Source of the DNA: Thalia democratica
Taxonomy: Eukaryota
Length of the DNA: 64,000 nt
Direction: 5' to 3'
Assembly (NCBI GenBank): GCA_965202585.1
Contig: OZ241828.1
Location: 41,168,001-41,232,000 of the forward strand
Each line of letters begins with the position of its first letter. The first letter of the stretch is position 1. Below, piece after piece: positions 41,060 to 53,422 of the stretch. The notes below the pieces were generated by a model that was given only the letters and a program-made list of their open reading frames with translations, made no database searches and was not told the origin of the DNA. The translations under genes and the position numbers were made by a program.

Positions 41060-41645
41060 TGTCTGAGTTTTAGTTGTCGGCATTTGAATTGTTAAAATTA
41101 AAATTGTCGGGTTTGAAATATCGGAGTTTAAGTTGCTGAAATTTAAATTGTTCGAATTTCAATTGTCCGAATTTGAATTATCGAAACATAAATTGCCACA
41201 ATTTGAGTTTCAAAATTGGAAATGTTAAAGTTTGGATGGTCAGAATTCAAATTGTCGGAATTTAAGTTGTCCGAATTTGAATTGTCAAAGTTTGAATCGA
41301 ACAAATTTGAGTTGTCGAAGTTTGAATTGTCTAAGTTTGAGTTTTCGGAATTTGAATTGTCGGAATTTGAATTGTTCGAGTTTGAAATTTCCGAATTTGA
41401 ATTGTCCGAATTTGAGTAGTCGGAATTTGAATTGTCCGAATTTGAGTAGTCGGAATTTGAATTGTCCGAATTTGAGTTGCCGGAATTTGAGTTGTCGGAA
41501 TTTGAGATGTCCGAATTTGAATTGTCGGAATTTTAGTTGTCGGAATTTGAATTGTCCGAATTTGAATTGTCGGAATTTAAATTGTCGTATTTGAAATGTC
41601 GGAATTTGAATTGTCGGAATTTGAATTGTCAGAATTTGAATAGTC
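41060..41645. repeat. 15-bp minisatellite array (aatttgaattgtcgg), same family as 19107-19260 in opposite orientation
   Basis: Roughly 35-40 imperfect units. The array ends in aattgtcagaatttgaatagtc, the reverse complement of 19113-19134. Confidence 0.9.
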
Positions 41646-42123
41646 ATGTAACACGATAATTTTCTAGTTGCCATTCGATTTAAGTAAAACGTCTATATGC
41701 TTATACGTCAATGACCAACGATCAAGATGATGTTATAAAGATTTTCTTGCAAATTTACTTGTTGTAGTAGATTTAAAAGAAAAATTATTGTGATGTATTT
41801 TCAAACTGGTTAGCTTATACAGTTTTTTAAACCAAAAATAAAGTTCTCATTACAAATTGTTAAAAAACTGTTTAAAACATAAACAATAAAAGTGTTTTTT
41901 GTTATTTATTGCAGTACTTTTGAAACTTTGCTTAATGATTAGTTTTCATATAAACCCATTAGTTCTAACTTTTCGTATAAATAATACTTTCAGAAAGTTT
42001 TGAAACTATAAAAACATCTTAAACAATCATTTTAGTAGTAATATAATTTTTAGATTTAAAAGTTTACATTAAATTTCCAGATAGTAGTAGGTTGAGATAG
42101 TTTACATTTAAAAAAGTTAAAAA

Positions 42124-42129
42124 TTTATT
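42124..42129 (-). promoter_or_regulatory. Candidate poly(A) signal of xylA
   Basis: AATAAA on the minus strand ~32 nt after the stop codon. The motif is common in AT-rich DNA, so support is weak. Confidence 0.25.
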
Positions 42130-42160
42130 TTTTAAATTGACGGAATATTTTTCACTCTGA

Positions 42161-45100
42161 TCAAAACAAATAGCGATTTAGAATTGTTTCATATTTTTCT
42201 TGTTGTCCGGAGCTTGAATTCGGATTACCTTCAGCAGTAATAAACTTTTCGCAGTCTTCTAAGGTGGCTACACCATTCTGAACATCAGCTCCAAACCCAG
42301 ATTTGTATGATTCGTATCTAGCCTGTTATATGTTATTTTTACATCTCCTATACAAAGCTAGTTATCTACACTAAAACACTTGCTGTCGATAATTTTTCTT
42401 AACTATAGGTGCTTTAAGTTTTATATACGTATAAATAAAATCCAAGGTTAGAAATAAGTCTGAAATAAATATTTATTTTAATAATTTAAAAGTTTAAACT
42501 TATTTATCATCAAAAAATTTTGAAAACAAAGTTGAAAAGTAACATTTAAAAAAGAAGTTAACTATACATAACTATCATATTTTAAACAATTTATATTTAA
42601 GAATAATAACAATACTGTTTTTGTTTTAGGGTAAATAACAGAACAAATTGATAAATTTGTACTTTAAAATTCAATTTTTTAAGCAGTTTCTAAACTTACT
42701 TTAGGTAATACTTTTTGATATGTGTTTATAAACCTCAAGGACTTTCAATTGCGAAAAATATTTAAACACAATAGTAACGGTGTTTAAAAATACATCTACC
42801 TAGACTACTTGTTTTAACAGCCACTTGTTTTTCTTTTAAACTAAAGTATGACTTTCAATAAATAATAACAATTTATAAACTTACTGCTTTCATTCTATCA
42901 AGTACACCTTCTGACTTTATTTTACTTGCAACACGTAGTGCCTTGGCAAAGCAATCCATAGCTCCAATATGCGATATAAGCATGTCATCGACGCACGTGG
43001 ATTCTCTTCTCACTTTACAATCAAAGTTTAATCCGCCTGGTGCTAAACCTCCTTGTTCCAGAACAGTCTGAATTAGGTAAAAACTTGATTTTTTTTTAAG
43101 GTTGAAGTCTTTATAGATTAATATTTGTTAAAAAATACATGTGAATTCTTAATACTGAAAAGTTTTTTATTAATCTATTAAAAAACTTTTTTTTTTACCG
43201 TACATTAATTTAACTGCTCAACTTTTAGCTTTTGTTTAAAAACAACTATTAATTTTAAATTTTAAACAACTTTTACTTATTTATTAAAAAAGTAGCTTAA
43301 CATTATAAAATAAAGTTTTATATTTACATTTTTTTTAATAGTCAAAAACAATCTTCAAGCTATTTTAGTATACCACAATGTTCAATTAATTTTTTTGGTA
43401 TAAACATAAAGTTAAAAGTAATATAGTTGCTTTATAAACTATTAGTTTTTTAAGTTGAGAAAACAAAAGAGTAGTTTGTCGAATAAATCGTTAAGATTTT
43501 CAAAACTAAAATTTTATTGTTGTTTTTATAACGCTAAGTTTAATATAAACAAATAAAGCTACAAACTTACGAGATTTTTATAAGTAAAAATGTTTTACCG
43601 AAATGGTAGCTAATATGCCAAGATATGGTTTTAATGAGTTATTAAGTTATATAACTTAAAAAAACAATGCTGAACTCAGTTATTTTTATAACTTTATTAT
43701 TTAACCTTGTTTTGAGGTTCAAAACACATAAATTGTCCAAAATAATAATTACACAAAACATTCTACCAAACACAATTAACTGAGTAGTTGAGGTTACAAA
43801 AATAGTGAAAAAATAAACACTAAAACTTAAAAAGTTAATATCTACTTATCAAAGAATTATACTTTCTGAGTTTTGTAAGAAATTTTTAAATTATAATAAT
43901 AATTTCCATAACCTTTTTTTTTTGTGCAATACATACAGACACTAAAAAAAGTTATACACTAGATCGGGGGTCGGCAAACTGTGGCCTGTGGGCTATATAT
44001 GACTGGCAAAATAAAAATTTGTGTCCCACAAGGTACTTTTTAGTAAAAATTGTCTTACTTTATAACATCTTAAAAATAACTTAAATGGTTAAGCTTACGA
44101 TTAGGCTAAAAACTCAAATAGTATTTTTTATTACTCTTTTTTTTCTTATTAGATAACATTTTTTGTTTGAAGTGTTATTTTTATATTGATTAGTACACAT
44201 ATATTAAAATAAGTAAGCCCTGCGGACATTTTCTTTACAATGCGGCCTGCGAACAACTGTTTGTAGAAAAATTGGCCCGCGACTTATAAAAGCCTACTGA
44301 CCCCTGAAATAGAAAAATATTTATTTAATACTTCTAAACTATTAATGTATACACGCATAAATTTTCAAAATAATAAGTTTTTAATAAAAACTAGTAAAAA
44401 CTTTAAGATTAAGTTCTATATGATAAGTTAGGACGAAGTTAAAGTCTTAAATAAAAAAAAGTATCTTTTAATAATATCTGATTATTAAAAAGTTAACCAT
44501 TACTAGCTATGCTTGTTTTCGAAATTTTGAGCAAGGTTTATGCAGTAACTTTTTCAAAAGTTAAAAAAGATACTCTTAACAAAAGGTAAGACCAGACAAG
44601 TAAAAAAGCATGAAAGATGTTGAAAGTCTTGATATATAGGTCTATTTTGATTTCGTTTACAAAAAAGTATCTAAACTTTGTGAGTGATTAACTATCAAAA
44701 AAACCCTTTCAACTTACTCTAGTTTGGGTGTAATAACTTTTTATATGCTTGTTGTAAAAAAGCAATAGAAAAAGATATAAAACTATGGTAAGTTTTTAAA
44801 AGTATACGAAATAAATTTATAAAAAAATCATTAGTATAATTTGTGTATCTTAGCGGTTTTAATTACGGTATTAAAAACTGTAGTATTTGAGTTTTTTAAG
44901 ATCGAAAACTACCAGTTGATATGAATATGAAAAAAGTTTAACTTTAACATCATTAAACATTGAAATTTGTTTTTTTTACGTAACAATCTTTTTTTATAAA
45001 CACTTTTTTTTTAATTTTAGAAAGCGTAATTCTATCTACTTAAAGAAACAAAAATTGTAAGTAGTTTCAGCTAATTTAGCAAACCCAGTGACAAGCTCTT

Positions 45101-48100
45101 GTAATTAGTTATATGAATTACCCGGTATTTTTCATACTGCTAGTTGTTTGTTTTAGTTTTATAATGAGTATAAAAATCTGTTAAATTTAAAAATCGTTTT
45201 TCTAGATAAAACAACAATTTGAACATGTTTAACACCGTTGAATACGTACAAAATTAACAACTAACCATCATTATCATTGTTGCGTCTTTTAAGTCCATTG
45301 GAAACTGATCAGTGTCCCATCCGAGATCAGGAGATCCTGTGTTTGAATCGATCGAACCGAGCATTCCGTAAGCTGAGGATATTGCAATATCGTGCTCATG
45401 ACAGTGACCTGCCAGTGTTGTGTGGTTTGGCTCGATGTTAAGCTGTTGAGGTGTTTTTTTTTTAATTTTTCTCAAATATAAATTTACACTTAGTTTAAGA
45501 AAGTGTATATATCAAAAAAACTCCGTTTACTTATAAAAAATGAACTGTAAAAATGTTAAGTAACCTGTTTAGTTAACAATTTTTTTAAATAGAATCTTAT
45601 GCATGAATACGTTTTAATTTATTTACATAAAGAAGCTTAGTTAAAATTTTCAGTGCAACTTACTGTTTTATTATACTTGACAAGGTGGGATTTTTTTCCA
45701 ATTAAAACCGGGTAGGAAATGAAATAAATAATTTGCACATTTATTAATATATAAAAATAAAATATAAATTTTTTTTTTGGAAAGCCGGTTTATGTAGAGC
45801 TATATAAAAGTAGTTTTTTAGATAAATTACCATACAACTTTGTTATACGCTGATTAAAATTTTTTTTAATTAAAATGTTTATTTTTAAAAACGATTCTTT
45901 TAAATAACCGAATTAATTAGTGCTAATTATTGCCTTTACGATCGTTGTTTTAGCATAAATAAGTTGCACTGTAATATTGTTTTTGATATCTAGATTCTAT
46001 TTAGTGTTTGATTGCCGTTATACCACCAACTCTTAGTCTTTTTTTTATGGTAGTTAGGTAACTAATGTAAAACTTAAATAAAAATGTAAAACTCCTGTAA
46101 AAACAAAATTCGAATAAAAATTATTAAAAATAAGCGTTTTACTTAAAGTTCTAAAGTGTGTGCCGTTTTTTTATTTAAACCTTTAAACTTATTATTTATT
46201 GTATAAAAGATACCTATCAATTTAAAAATCTTTAAATTTCTTACACATTATTACTCTTACCTTAAAGTCTTTGTCAAGTCCATACGTTTTTAGAAATGCA
46301 ATGACTGTCTGTGCATCTGAACAAAATATTCATTTAAAAAACTATTCAAATTTCTTTAAACTAATTCGTATCATTTGTTGTAAGAAGTTACTTAAAAATC
46401 ATAATCACCATATTTACAAAACTTGATAAGTATTGTAAGCATTGCTTATTTGAAAAATATCAGAAAAATATTTTTAAAAACCTAAAAAAAATTTAAGTTA
46501 AGGTATAAAAAATTTAAAAAAAGTATACCTTTGTATGATACTTAATCAACAGTATAGCACAAACACTAGAAAAACTTTTAAATTTTTATAAATAAATTAG
46601 TCTACTTATAACTACCAACTGTAACAGTTTAACTAACTATCGATTAAAAAACAAACTGTGCTCTATGTTTACTTTTAGTGCCTATTTTTATTTATACTAA
46701 TTAATATTTGTTTCTAGTTGTATATGGTTTAACCAAAATTTGCAATTTTATCGATAGTTATTACATGTTTTTGATAGTTAACTTATTTATACTGGCTTCA
46801 TGCCATAAAATAATTTATTAAAACAAAAAAAAATATTAAAAAAAATTTTACAATGTTAAGGTAAAAGCTCGTTAAACAAAAACAAATTACCATAATCATA
46901 CTGGTGTTTTGTCGGCTCTTTAGGCTTTGGCTCTATAAGAAGTTGACCTGCAAATCCGATCTTCTTTTTGTAAGCTGTTAAAAACAAAATGGTAGGTGTA
47001 AGTAGTTATAGTTTTATTCGTGGTTGCATTTGAATCTACTTTTTATTGAAAAAAACTATTAGTATCTTAAAGCCTGGCTAGAAAAACAACGCTAGATGCA
47101 CACACGTCTAAAATGTTGTCTATAAAAGCAGTCATGAAATTAATTTACCGGATTTTAAGGACTTTTACTCAAGAAATAGCTTGAGAAATTGGTCTTGAGA
47201 ATAAATACGGGTTTAAGTTCACCTGAGCAAACTTAAATTTTGTAGGAGTCATCGGTCTACAAACAAACCTGAAACACACTGATTTGTAATGGTGTTTATT
47301 TTTTTTTTGATAACTCTATTGCTGCTGAAAGTGGTTTTAATGGTAAGATGATAAAAACTTTTTTTCATACAAACTAAGTGAGATCGGAATGTATGGCTTA
47401 CTAATAAATTAAAGTTTCTAGTTCTCATCAATTTTGGCACAACGAAAAACAAAAGGTACAAGTTATAAGCAAATGCTTGATAAAGTGTACAGCTTTGTAT
47501 TTCATTTTACAGCACCAATTTAATAAAGCTAGTACATAATAAGAGAATAGTAAATATAGCTTCTTAAAAACAGAACCGGTCAGCTAACTTGATCTTCTGG
47601 CCCGCGACGTGGTTTTTAGGTCAAAAACTAATTTTGCAAAACTATACAAAATAATTATAATTTTCTTTTGATAAACTGTAGTAGTATTAACTGATTGGTC
47701 ATTACAACTTTGCGTTTTTAGTTTGTTTTTTTTTAATTTTTTTAGTATAGTTTTGGAAGTTACACTGCCCTTAAAATATTTCTTCTGCTAAATCTTGCCC
47801 GCCAACAAAAAAAAAAGCTGCCTACCCCTAGCTTAGAAAATATACGCAATCAATGCGAGGAACAATTTTAAAGTTGCTTGTAACGCAATTAATTTCGAAA
47901 TAACACTTCAAAACCATATTCAAAAAAAATATGTTAAAGATCATTCGAAGATCAAAGAGGCTGTGAAAATCTAAAACTGTATAAATTTAGACATGTGCTT
48001 CTAAATTATTTTCGGTTTTAAAAAACTAAGCGTAACGTATACTTTACTTCTGTTTTACCAAACAATCTCTTTTTAAATAATCCTTTTTTAAGATATTCTT

Positions 48101-51100
48101 ACTTAAGTACATATTTTGTAAAATATTTTGTAAAAATTTGCTATACTTTCATTAAGATCTTAGATCATATATTTAAAAAATTCTAAACAAGTTTGAGATG
48201 TAAATAAAAATGTGAAAGAAGCTATACAAATAAAATGCGTATTGTTAAATGTTGAAGAAAAGTGTATGGAATTTTGTAAAATAATAAAATAATGAACGTA
48301 AGTTTTTTTTAAAATTTTACTCACCTACTACCATTTTGAAAAAGTTAGCCATGTTGTCGAGCTCACATTTTAGATTGGTGTTTAGTAACGAGTAGTAGCC
48401 CTCTCGTCCCCCCCAAAACACGAAATTTTCTGCACCTAACTTTAATGCTACATCAAGGCCTTTTTTAACTTGAGCTCCTGCATAAGCTAAAATGTGTGCA
48501 TCCGGGTTAGTTGAGGCTCCGTTCGCGTATCTATAAACATTTATTCCTATTCAAATAACTTACGTTTGCACGAACACATTTTTGAACGAAGGTGCTTTTA
48601 CACGAGGGGTCACTTTTGCACGAAGGATCTTTTTTTCACGATAGTAAAAAGAAGAAAAAATAAGTTACCGTCCGAGGGTAAGGGTTAGGGGTAACAGTGA
48701 TAACAGAAATAATTAAATTAAAATTTTAAATTGATAAAAGATAGAAATTTTTTATTTTTAAATCAAAAAGAAAAAAATCAACTTGTGGAAAAGTGTTTTT
48801 GTGCAAAAGTGTCTTTGTACAAAAGTGACCCTTCGTACAAAGGTATCCCTTCGTGAATATTTGACTCCTACCCATATACATAAATAGACTACTATCTATG
48901 TTAAAATTTTATCTAATAACATTTAATGCAGGTATAGCTACAAAAACTTATAGTATACAACCGTCATATTAAATTTAAATTAAGAATATTCTACGCTAAA
49001 AGTAAAAAGATCTGTATTTATATATAAAACGACTGATTTTTAATAAGATATAAGCAATAAGATTTGTTCTTTAAGTAAAATGTTAGGTTGAAACTAAGTA
49101 AAAGTTTTAAGTAATGAAATTAATTTTAAAAATTCTGTACGAAAACTTGGTTAATTATAATTTTCAAACATAAAAAAACTTAAATTCATATGTGTTATTA
49201 TAAAAAAAAGTTTCAAAAGGAATTATAATAAAAAAGAAATAAATGATCATATTAATTATACTTTTATTATTAAGGTTGTTTTATATTTATATTCTTATAA
49301 AAAATATCGAGTGTAGAATTCGTGTTATAAAATTTTTAAACTTCAATGCATTTAGACAAATACATATTCAGTGAAAATTAACTTTTAGACAGTTATTTGT
49401 TAACGTTTAATTGCCTTTACCTTGGATGAGCAAACAAGTTACATGTGTTCCACAAAAGCTTTATATCATGTCTTTTCTGAAGTTCAGCTGCAAGGTCGAC
49501 CAGTTTGTCAAAGTGCTCATTAGTCTCAGATAGCGAGCTTCCTTCGGGTGCAATATCTCGGTCGTGAAATGTATAGTACTGTGAAATACGTTTAAGTTAT
49601 ACTTTGCAAAAACAAAATAGTTTTTCTAGTTTAAGAGATACTTTACGTGTTTTTTAATATTTTACTTTTTAATCTAGTTTATTATTTTTTTCTTTTTGTT
49701 TAAGTTAAGAAAGTTGTGTATAATGTATGATATCAAAATATAATTTTATATATGAATATAAAACTTTATATGAATAAAATTCTAATAAACTGACGAAAAA
49801 TTTTAAACTAAAAGAAACTTTAATTCATGATTAAGCTTAATTTTACTAAATTATATCATGTATAAATTCATTATTAAGAATTCTTAACATACTTTTTACT
49901 AAAACTACTTAATACTTTTAAGTAAATTATGGTAATAATGTTTATTTATCTTTTGAATGTAGTGAAAATAAAGCAAATTTATGTTGCTTAAATAGTTCAA
50001 TAATCAAAATTTTATATAAAATTAAAGAGAAAAAAAGCTTTTACAATATTTGAAATTATGTTGCAGTAAGTTTAGTTTTTTAATGTTTAATGTAAATATA
50101 TGGTAGTAAGACTTATCTAACAACCTTTATCATTTTTGTTTTTCAAATGCTTGTAAAAAGTGTTTAAATAACCAATTTTGCGTAGTGTTATTAAACTCAT
50201 AGTAGAAAGTCGATAAAAACTTTAAGATGTACCTATTTATTACTTATATGATAAAAATTTGTGACACATAAGCGTTAAGAATAAAAAGTTTCTCTAGAAT
50301 CTTGATTTCCTAAATTACTTCGATAGATGAAAATAAATATAAACTTTAAAAATATTTTAAAATGACCAGGTTAGTAGAGCAAACATAAAACTGTTGAACA
50401 AATTGTAACAAAAAAATATTGATTATAGTACATATTAAAAAAAGATTAAAAAAATTTTTAGACAATTAACATTAGATCTTGTTTAGATTTTTATTAGACT
50501 CGTATATAGTCTTCAAATTTAATTATTCATGCTAATATTTTGCATTTTTGTATAAAATTAAGTTAATTAATATGTATTATATAATCTTTGTTGTGGTTAT
50601 AAGCTGCATCGAACTTTAAAAAAAAGCCTAGTTATATTTGCAAACCAAACATTAAATGTTAAAGCTTTTAAGATTGCTAAGTTCAACTCTGAAAACAGGG
50701 TTTGGTAATTTATAAATATAGATGTTTTTCACGACCAAATTTTATACTACAAGTAATTTTACTAAACTCTAATTATCAAAGTTACGCATAAATAAACTAG
50801 TAAAGAAATCATTATTAAAACAAAAAAAAAGTTATACTTTTAGCAGAATCGCATAAATACAAATAGCTCTAAGTAGAAAAAAAATCACCTTAACTCCAAG
50901 TTTTGACATAAAATCGAATGCTACTCTCATTCTACGTTGTGCATTTTCAATAGAGTTTGATTGATCATCCCAAGGTCGATTAAGAGTTGGAAAGCCAAAC
51001 GGATCAGCACCTAAAATTTTATTTTAAGTTTTATTTATTTTTAAGAAAATATAAATGGGGTTTAAATTTAATTTCTATAGATAAATGTAAGTTTAAGTAG

Positions 51101-53265
51101 CCTAAACAAACTTTCAAAGTTATGAAGTTAAAAAACGAGATTAAGTTATTTAATAAATAAACTGTTTTTAAGTTTGTGTAAAATTAGAATTTAAAATATA
51201 ATTATTATACTTTCTAAGCATAAATACATACTCAGGTAATAAGGCAGCCCAAGTGTGGTGTTGTTTATATAACAAAAAATACAAAACTATTAAATAAAGA
51301 AAATAAACAAATTCGACATTAAAAAATATTGTAGCCATTAATGATATAATCTTATTATTACTGTCGTGAACTAAAAAAAAGCTCTGTTTAGAAGTTATTA
51401 CAAATCGAAAATTAACAGTTTTTTACTAATCAAAGCTAAAAAAAACTCTCAATAATCAAATACCTGTGCCTCTAAACGTATGCCAGTAACACACTGAAAA
51501 TCTTAACCACTCATGCATTGGTTTGCCCATGATGACTTCATCAGCGTTGTAGTGACGAAAACATAAAACATCGTCTACAGCAGCATCTGGTCTGTATTCT
51601 ACTTTTTTAATGCCTAGAATGATATAATAAATTTAAAAAAGTATTATTTAAAATAAAAAAGGGTAAAGTTAAAAAAGTTTAGATTCAAAAAGGATGTAAC
51701 GTAACCGTACACAACGATTAATGTTACTAAAGCTTTATAGAACTAATAAATAAAGCTTTTATTATTTCATTACACTTGTATATTTCTAGATGTAATAACA
51801 GTCAAGGGTTTTTCGTGCAATATATAAGAGCTAAAATACAGGTACAGACAAAAAACTTTAATGCTGTAAATTAGAAATGGCAGTTACCTAAGCTTTGCTG
51901 ATTAAGTATCTAAGAAGGACTTTTGGTTGACCGAAGAATATAAGAATTCTAGATAAAACGTTTTTCTTATTTTTTTGTTTTTTTTTGTTTTTTATTGGGT
52001 ATGTTTAGATAATATTTTAACTAGTAACCTACTACGAATACTAGTCATTTATAAAAAATTTGAGCACTAAAGTTTATGTTAAAATAAATGAAATCACATT
52101 ATATTAAAAATTTGTGATTTTGTTACAATTTTTGATTTAGAAAAAAAAATCAAAATAAGTTGTTAATTTTTTGAAAAATAAGTTTAATAAATTCTTATTA
52201 ATTAATTTTTAGTTCTTAAAACATGGTTGTTGTTTACAAACTGTTATAGACGTTTTAAAAAAAATAAATGCTGTTTATTTTACTTGTTTAGATTTAATTG
52301 TTAAAACAACTTAACAAGTTTTTTTTTTATAAATCAGCACCATATGTATTTTTTTGTATTAGTTACCACAGTTCTGGATTTTGAAAGTTTTCTTTATCTT
52401 TTGAAGAATGAAACAATTACATATTTAATATTTTACAAATACAGCAAAAAACGTTGTATGTATTTTTCGGTTTCTTCTACTATTTTGCTGAATTTAAACA
52501 GTAAATATTAAGATATTTAAACATTAATATAACGCTAACTAATAACAATTTTTACAAGAAAAAGTATAACGTCAACGTTATACAAATATCTCCGTTTTAG
52601 TTTTAGTGGCAATACAGGTCATATATTTAGTATTATAGTTGCAATACTTTCCTATAACTTATTATAGATTGGAGTAAAGTTAACAAATATAATTAAGATG
52701 CTTTTTTTCTTTTTGATTTTATTTATGCAATAACTTTTTGTACCTAAAACAACAATTAAACTTTGTAATTACAAAATAGTTTATAAATTTCTATATCTTT
52801 AAATCATCTTACATTGTTCAGATATATCTAATATGTTTAGTAACTTCAAAGAACTTTTGATAAAAAAAACACTTTTCAAATTAAAACTACATCAAGCTGA
52901 AATTTATTCAAAAATTTAAAAAAAGTATTATAAACAAAACCTGATTTTTGTAAGTTTAAAAAAGTCTTACTTGATGGAAATAAATCTGATTTTAGTACAG
53001 ACGAGGGGTTTGCACCTGAACCAGGGGCGAATGATGACATATTAAAACTTTTTACCAACCTGTAAAAACTTGTAAAACTAAACAAAAAATAAAACTATTT
53101 GTTTTTGTAAAATTACATATACAGATAATTTAAGTTTGAAAATATATAGAAGTTTTATATAACAACTCATAAAAATTTAATCAATTTTATTTTTCTGTAA
53201 CTTAAATAACAAACTTCAGAATAGTCTTTTTATTTACCAACATCACAAACTTACTGATATTTCAT
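42161..53265 (-). CDS. xylA: Xylose isomerase (class II, XylA family), complete multi-exon gene, 455 aa from ATG 53040 or 465 aa from ATG 53265
   Basis: Manually spliced with GT-AG boundaries and consistent phases. Exons (minus): 53255-53265 (putative, MKYQ), 52971-53059, 51464-51613, 50889-51010, 49421-49578, 48325-48530, 46891-46974, 46261-46316, 45266-45442, 42885-43067, 42161-42322 (TGA at 42161-42163). Translation shows XylA hallmark motifs: [102 protein letters not shown]. No stops or frameshifts. Confidence 0.96.
43965..44306. mobile_element. Buster-type hAT MITE in an xylA intron
   Basis: Ends are cgggggtcggcaaac and ctactgacccctg, with internal ggcccgcg motifs. The flanks cacTAgat / aaaTAgaa look like a decayed 8-bp TSD. 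Confidence 0.7.
47180..47470 (+). mobile_element. Decayed non-LTR retrotransposon RT fragment in an xylA intron
   Basis: Plus-strand remnants [22 protein letters not shown] and, with a frameshift, RKQKVQV resemble LINE RT motifs QYGFR / LYKL..GI.G.LL.WI.SFL..RKQ.V. Confidence 0.5.
47570..47830. mobile_element. Degenerate Buster-type hAT MITE in an xylA intron
   Basis: Internal tggcccgcgac and right end gctgcctacccta-like. Flanks tcttaaaa / gcttagaa match at 6/8. Confidence 0.45.
48560..48870. mobile_element. MITE with long degenerate inverted ends built from ttttgcacga-type repeats
   Basis: gaggggtcacttttgcacgaagg (~48605-48627) is mirrored by ctttgtacaaaagtgacccttcgt (~48814-48837). A central gggtaagggttagggg motif is present. 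It lies in the xylA intron between 48530 and 49421. Confidence 0.6.
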
Positions 53266-53390
53266 ATTTAATACTAGGTTTTTAAGACAAGGAAGAGTTA
53301 ATAATTAATTAACGAACTCAACGCAACAACCTTGATTACGTGGTTGCAGAATGGAACTGCAAACAAGCTAGCAGCAAATGTTTGTACCAT

Positions 53391-53422
53391 ACACGTGTGA
53401 TAAATAGTGATATCACGTGTGA
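53391..53422. promoter_or_regulatory. Two CACGTG E-boxes in identical CACGTGTGA context upstream of xylA
   Basis: cacgtg at 53392-53397 and 53414-53419, about 130-150 bp upstream of the first putative ATG, in an otherwise CpG-poor region. Confidence 0.35.

Noticed and set aside
41060-41645. CRISPR-like array
   Set aside because: Units are contiguous 15-mers without unique spacers, the context is eukaryotic and there are no cas genes.
41216-41674. ORFs of 67, 120 and 129 aa with pentapeptide repeats (FELSE, NLNCR, QFKFR)
   Set aside because: These are translations of the 15-bp minisatellite; several frames on both strands are open simply because the unit lacks stops.
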